Source: Eledone cirrhosa
Taxonomy: Eukaryota
Reading direction: 5' to 3'
Assembly (NCBI GenBank): GCA_964016885.1
Contig: OZ024742.1
Span: forward strand, 316,634,001-316,698,000
DNA: 64,000 bases
This document shows, in pieces, positions 57,709-64,000 of this stretch (the stretch's first letter is position 1; each line of letters opens with the position of its first letter). A model generated the notes under the pieces. That model saw only the letters and a program-made list of their open reading frames with translations. It was not told where the DNA came from and made no database searches. The position numbers and the translations under genes are program-made.

Positions 57709-59157
57709 TCGGACAGACTGGACGTCGCCTGGCGGACAGATTTACTGAGCACCTCCGGGATATTCGTCTCGGTGGTAGTTCCCCCATCGCCCGCCACTTT
57801 GGTGCCCCTGGACATTCCGCACGCCACCTCACAGTCTGTGGCCTACTCCAATGCCACGGAACACCCGCCAATCTCCTAAGAGTTGAACAACGAACCATCT
57901 TCATCTTACAGACCCACACTCCCCGCGGCCTGAACTACCCACCCTTATTCCTTTAGCTTTCGACCGCCCCACTCCACCCACACATATCCCCCACTAACAC
58001 CACTAACACACCCCTCCTTTTCACCGCCCACCCCACAACTAACAATACTAACACCTCCACTCCACCCCACATCCGACCACCCTTCCACAACTAACATACT
58101 AACATCCCTCCCTTCTTCTCCCCCCTCCTTATCACACGCACACACCCACCGGCACATATATACACGCGCTCACACTAAACACACACCCTACTACCACCAC
58201 TAACCCTCACCCCCACACATCCACCCCACCACCCCGCAACTAACATCACTAACACCCCCTGACCCCAAGCACACGAACACACACACCCACTTACACCACC
58301 CACCCTACACGCAACTAACATCACTAACACACCCCAACCCTACGCACACGTACACACACACCCTCTTACACCACCCACTCTACACACCCTACCCCCAATC
58401 ACACCCGCATTCAACCCTTTCTCCACCTCCTGTATACTAACACCCACTAACACCCACTTCACCCAACACACACACCAGTACACCACACTCCCTCCATCGA
58501 CCCCCACACCCTTCTCTCCCCGCTCCACCCACACCCTTTCTCAAACACTCACTCATCCCACTAACACCTCTACTAATACACACACACACCTCCTCCACAC
58601 TCCAACTTTCACACCTACGCATCCTCTCCCCCTTACCATTCTACCCTACTGCTGCTATGCCCTCTGACCACCTCCCCGCACACACCGACACACAACACAC
58701 ACTCACCATTTTACCCTACTGCTGCTATGCCCTCTGACCACAGACACACTACACTCCTCCTGCGTTGACCACTTCATGTTGCGCGCGCACCCCACATCTC
58801 CCCTCTTCCGACCAAAAATCTTCACGGATTACACGTATGTGAACCTTGATCCCGGAATCAACCACAATCAAGGATTTTACCAAGCATCGCACCACATCTT
58901 CTTACGGAATCACCTTTATGACTCACCCACACACACACACCCAAAACAAATTTTTTTCCCACACGCCACCTACACCCACAACACGCTTAAACACCACACA
59001 CACACGTGCGTACCACCACATATTTACACATTCAGCCTCCAGATTCCTCTCCCCCCACCCCTCTATCCACACTCGCACACACACTCCGACCTACACCCCA
59101 CTCCACACACACCTCTTCCTGAACATGCAACCCCATTCTTCCCCCAACCCTTGCTTT

Positions 59158-59188
<31 letters not shown>

Positions 59189-59537
59189 GTACACCTACAC
59201 ACACACACCACCTTCAGCCCTCCCCGCTTGGACACCTCGTCTCCCTCTCCCCACTCCACCCGCCACCACCCCTACACGCCCCACACCCTTCCACCACCTG
59301 TTTTACTCCATTATAATTTTATTTTGATCATGCCTTTATTTTTAATTTCATTTGCACCGTTTCCTCTCACTCCCTTTTTGCGATATGTCCCCAACCCCTA
59401 CACACCCTTTGAACTCTCTTCCCACACACTTTTCACCTGAAGAAGGGCTTATGCCCGAAACGTCGTTCCCCACCACCACCCCACTCTCAAGAGCGTGAAA
59501 TTAATAAACATTTGTTGTACTGCCTCTCTGTTTTGTT
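57709..59537 (+). mobile_element. Non-coding C/A-rich element ending in HHR + AATAAA (PLE-type 3' end)
   Basis: CTGAAGA 59437-59443, A-GGGC(TTAT)GCCC, GAAA-CG-TC; AATAAA near 59503; (TA)n on both sides. Confidence 0.6.
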
Positions 59538-59713
59538 ACCGTTCAATTTTTCATTATATATATATATATATATATCCGGTTGACGTCTGAGAGAAAGGAG
59601 TACTCAATACAGAAGTAGAGTCTTAATATTCGTTTATATATGAGGACCCTGTGAAAAACAAGCGAAATTTCAATGTAAGAAGTCTCACCTTAATATAAAT
59701 GAATATATATATA

Positions 59714-59799
<86 letters not shown>

Positions 59800-59819
59800 G
59801 ATATATATATATATGTATG

Positions 59820-59888
<69 letters not shown>

Positions 59889-60001
59889 ATATATATATAT
59901 ACACTTCCTACCTCGAGATTTCCCTCTGCATTGTTGTGGCTTTCTTAACTACGTATTTTACACATTTCACAATGCTTCAAGCAAACTTTAACACCCTCAT
60001 A

Positions 60002-60241
<240 letters not shown>

Positions 60242-60530
60242 CAAATAACGAAACGAAATTAAATTTCGTTTCGTTTGTAACTCACTTTTGTATGACTGAC
60301 GCTTAAACAATTAAGTTAAAGATGTACATCCATATATGTATACTGAAATACTAGTATGTATATGAATACACACACGTATACATATGTAGATGTACCAAGT
60401 TTTTTCACTGGTCACTTTACTGTGAGTGGCCAGCTATTCTGTATGTAAACACACAGACAAACCGGTTTTTAGAGTCATACTGGTTTTTGAGGAAACACCT
60501 TTCCTCTATTCTCCAGAAAGCCAGACAAGG

Positions 60531-60575
60531 AATATTGAACTAGTTTCGTTGTTGTTACAACTCATCAGCAATATT
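60531..60575 (-). ncRNA. Minimal type I HHR of the 467-bp unit (also at 60998, 61465, 61932, 62399, 62866)
   Basis: Reverse complement of 63593-63637. Confidence 0.85.
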
Positions 60576-63425
60576 TACCTATCTTCCGGCCTCTCTAGAG
60601 AATCGTAAAAGCACATATCGTTATATGCTTTTTCTATGAAAATTAGTAGTGGGCAGACTAATTTGCATAGAGTGTGAGTAAGTACCGGTTCAACGGAGAC
60701 GATAAAAACAAATAACGAAACGAAATTAAATTTCGTTTCGTTTGTAACTCACTTTTGTATGACTGACGCTTAAACAATTAAGTTAAAGATGTACATCCAT
60801 ATATGTATACTGAAATACTAGTATGTATATGAATACACACACGTATACATATGTAGATGTACCAAGTTTTTTCACTGGTCACTTTACTGTGAGTGGCCAG
60901 CTATTCTGTATGTAAACACACAGACAAACCGGTTTTTAGAGTCATACTGGTTTTTGAGGAAACACCTTTCCTCTATTCTCCAGAAAGCCAGACAAGGAAT
61001 ATTGAACTAGTTTCGTTGTTGTTACAACTCATCAGCAATATTTACCTATCTTCCGGCCTCTCTAGAGAATCGTAAAAGCACATATCGTTATATGCTTTTT
61101 CTATGAAAATTAGTAGTGGGCAGACTAATTTGCATAGAGTGTGAGTAAGTACCGGTTCAACGGAGACGATAAAAACAAATAACGAAACGAAATTAAATTT
61201 CGTTTCGTTTGTAACTCACTTTTGTATGACTGACGCTTAAACAATTAAGTTAAAGATGTACATCCATATATGTATACTGAAATACTAGTATGTATATGAA
61301 TACACACACGTATACATATGTAGATGTACCAAGTTTTTTCACTGGTCACTTTACTGTGAGTGGCCAGCTATTCTGTATGTAAACACACAGACAAACCGGT
61401 TTTTAGAGTCATACTGGTTTTTGAGGAAACACCTTTCCTCTATTCTCCAGAAAGCCAGACAAGGAATATTGAACTAGTTTCGTTGTTGTTACAACTCATC
61501 AGCAATATTTACCTATCTTCCGGCCTCTCTAGAGAATCGTAAAAGCACATATCGTTATATGCTTTTTCTATGAAAATTAGTAGTGGGCAGACTAATTTGC
61601 ATAGAGTGTGAGTAAGTACCGGTTCAACGGAGACGATAAAAACAAATAACGAAACGAAATTAAATTTCGTTTCGTTTGTAACTCACTTTTGTATGACTGA
61701 CGCTTAAACAATTAAGTTAAAGATGTACATCCATATATGTATACTGAAATACTAGTATGTATATGAATACACACACGTATACATATGTAGATGTACCAAG
61801 TTTTTTCACTGGTCACTTTACTGTGAGTGGCCAGCTATTCTGTATGTAAACACACAGACAAACCGGTTTTTAGAGTCATACTGGTTTTTGAGGAAACACC
61901 TTTCCTCTATTCTCCAGAAAGCCAGACAAGGAATATTGAACTAGTTTCGTTGTTGTTACAACTCATCAGCAATATTTACCTATCTTCCGGCCTCTCTAGA
62001 GAATCGTAAAAGCACATATCGTTATATGCTTTTTCTATGAAAATTAGTAGTGGGCAGACTAATTTGCATAGAGTGTGAGTAAGTACCGGTTCAACGGAGA
62101 CGATAAAAACAAATAACGAAACGAAATTAAATTTCGTTTCGTTTGTAACTCACTTTTGTATGACTGACGCTTAAACAATTAAGTTAAAGATGTACATCCA
62201 TATATGTATACTGAAATACTAGTATGTATATGAATACACACACGTATACATATGTAGATGTACCAAGTTTTTTCACTGGTCACTTTACTGTGAGTGGCCA
62301 GCTATTCTGTATGTAAACACACAGACAAACCGGTTTTTAGAGTCATACTGGTTTTTGAGGAAACACCTTTCCTCTATTCTCCAGAAAGCCAGACAAGGAA
62401 TATTGAACTAGTTTCGTTGTTGTTACAACTCATCAGCAATATTTACCTATCTTCCGGCCTCTCTAGAGAATCGTAAAAGCACATATCGTTATATGCTTTT
62501 TCTATGAAAATTAGTAGTGGGCAGACTAATTTGCATAGAGTGTGAGTAAGTACCGGTTCAACGGAGACGATAAAAACAAATAACGAAACGAAATTAAATT
62601 TCGTTTCGTTTGTAACTCACTTTTGTATGACTGACGCTTAAACAATTAAGTTAAAGATGTACATCCATATATGTATACTGAAATACTAGTATGTATATGA
62701 ATACACACACGTATACATATGTAGATGTACCAAGTTTTTTCACTGGTCACTTTACTGTGAGTGGCCAGCTATTCTGTATGTAAACACACAGACAAACCGG
62801 TTTTTAGAGTCATACTGGTTTTTGAGGAAACACCTTTCCTCTATTCTCCAGAAAGCCAGACAAGGAATATTGAACTAGTTTCGTTGTTGTTACAACTCAT
62901 CAGCAATATTTACCTATCTTCCGGCCTCTCTAGAGAATCGTAAAAGCACATATCGTTATATGCTTTTTCTATGAAAATTAGTAGTGGGCAGACTAATTTG
63001 CATAGAGTGTGAGTAAGTACCGGTTCAACGGAGACGATAAAAACAAATAACGAAACGAAATTAAATTTCGTTTCGTTTGTAACTCACTTTTGTATGACTG
63101 ACGCTTAAACAATTAAGTTAAAGATGTACATCCATATATGTATACTGAAATACTAGTATGTATATGAATACACACACGTATACATATGTAGATGTACCAA
63201 GTTTTTTCACTGGTCACTTTACTGTGAGTGGCCAGCTATTCTGTATGTAAACACACAGACAAACCGGTTTTTAGAGTCATACTGGTTTTTGAGGAAACAC
63301 CTTTCCTCTATTCTCCAGAAAGCCAGACAAGGAATATTGAACTAGTTTCGTATTTCAGTATACATATATGGATGTACATCTTTAACTTAATTGTTTAAGC
63401 GTCAGTCATACAAAAGTGAGTTACA

Positions 63426-63464
63426 AACGAAACGAAATTTAATTTCGTTTCGTTATTTGTTTTT
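63426..63464 (+). terminator. Hairpin + T5, putative Pol III-type 3' end of the 467-bp unit RNA
   Basis: AACGAAACGAAATT-T-AATTTCGTTTCGTT then ATTTGTTTTT; first run of 4 or more T downstream of the HHR. Confidence 0.5.
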
Positions 63465-63486
63465 ATCGTCTCCGTTGAACCGGTAC

Positions 63487-63547
63487 TTACTCACACTCTA
63501 TGCAAATTAGTCTGCCCACTACTAATTTTCATAGAAAAAGCATATAA
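63487..63547 (+). promoter_or_regulatory. Putative octamer + TATA-like promoter of the 467-bp unit
   Basis: ACTCACACTCTATGCAAATTAGTCTGCCCA, TAATTTTCATA, CATATAA 63541-63547. Confidence 0.55.
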
Positions 63548-63592
63548 CGATATGTGCTTTTACGATTCTCTAGAGAGGCCGGAAGATAGGTA

Positions 63593-63637
63593 AATATTGC
63601 TGATGAGTTGTAACAACAACGAAACTAGTTCAATATT
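63593..63637 (+). ncRNA. Minimal type I HHR of the 467-bp unit
   Basis: AATATTG-CTGATGA-GTTG(TAACAA)CAAC-GAAA-CTAG-TT-CAATATT; 7-bp stem I; palindromic AACTAGTT; GTT triplet. Confidence 0.85.
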
Positions 63638-64000
63638 TCTTGTCTGGCTTTCTGGAGAATAGAGGAAAGGTGTTTCCTCAAAAACCAGTATGACTCTAAA
63701 AACCGGTTTGTCTGTGTGTTTACATACAGAATAGCTGGCCACTCACAGTAAAGTGACCAGTGAAAAAACTTGGTACATCTACATATGTATACGTGTGTGT
63801 ATTCATATACATACTAGTATTTCAGTATACATATATGGATGTACATCTTTAACTTAATTGTTTAAGCGTCAGTCATACAAAAGTGAGTTACAAACGAAAC
63901 GAAATTTAATTTCGTTTCGTTATTTGTTTTTATCGTCTCCGTTGAACCGGTACTTACTCACACTCTATGCAAATTAGTCTGCCCACTACTAATTTTCATA

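Noticed and set aside
60426-63742. Repeated 60-aa ORF (MASYSVCK..)
   Set aside because: Starts at GTG, is antisense to the HHR and promoter, has no counterpart in the sister 474-bp unit, and recurs only because the DNA repeats

Overview
AT-rich, microsatellite-dense animal genomic DNA, very likely octopus (inferred from the SINE type and the abundant (TA)n/(CA)n tracts). No confidently identifiable host gene; one possible terminal exon lies at 20.1-20.2 kb. Most ORF-track entries are microsatellite artefacts. The window is dominated by retroelements inserted into (TA)n tracts: at least four lineages of Penelope-like elements (PLEs; RT plus GIY-YIG), many as fold-back or partial tandem insertions, plus RTE LINE fragments, tRNA-derived SINEs, a hAT MITE and a non-autonomous Helitron. 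By eye there are roughly 30 minimal type I hammerhead ribozyme (HHR) motifs, including a U3-A8 core variant and variants with very long stem II. The most notable system is a group of non-coding retrozyme-like units: a 467-bp array at 60.2-64.0 kb, a 474-bp array at 51.6-53.2 kb and a relic at 32.8 kb. They share an octamer-box + TATA-like module upstream of the HHR. In the two arrays the sense strand lacks T4 runs until a terminal hairpin + oligo-T, and both insertions end at the same TTTAT^CG position joined to (TA)n. All calls are by eye; no folding or database search was run, and many boundaries are approximate.
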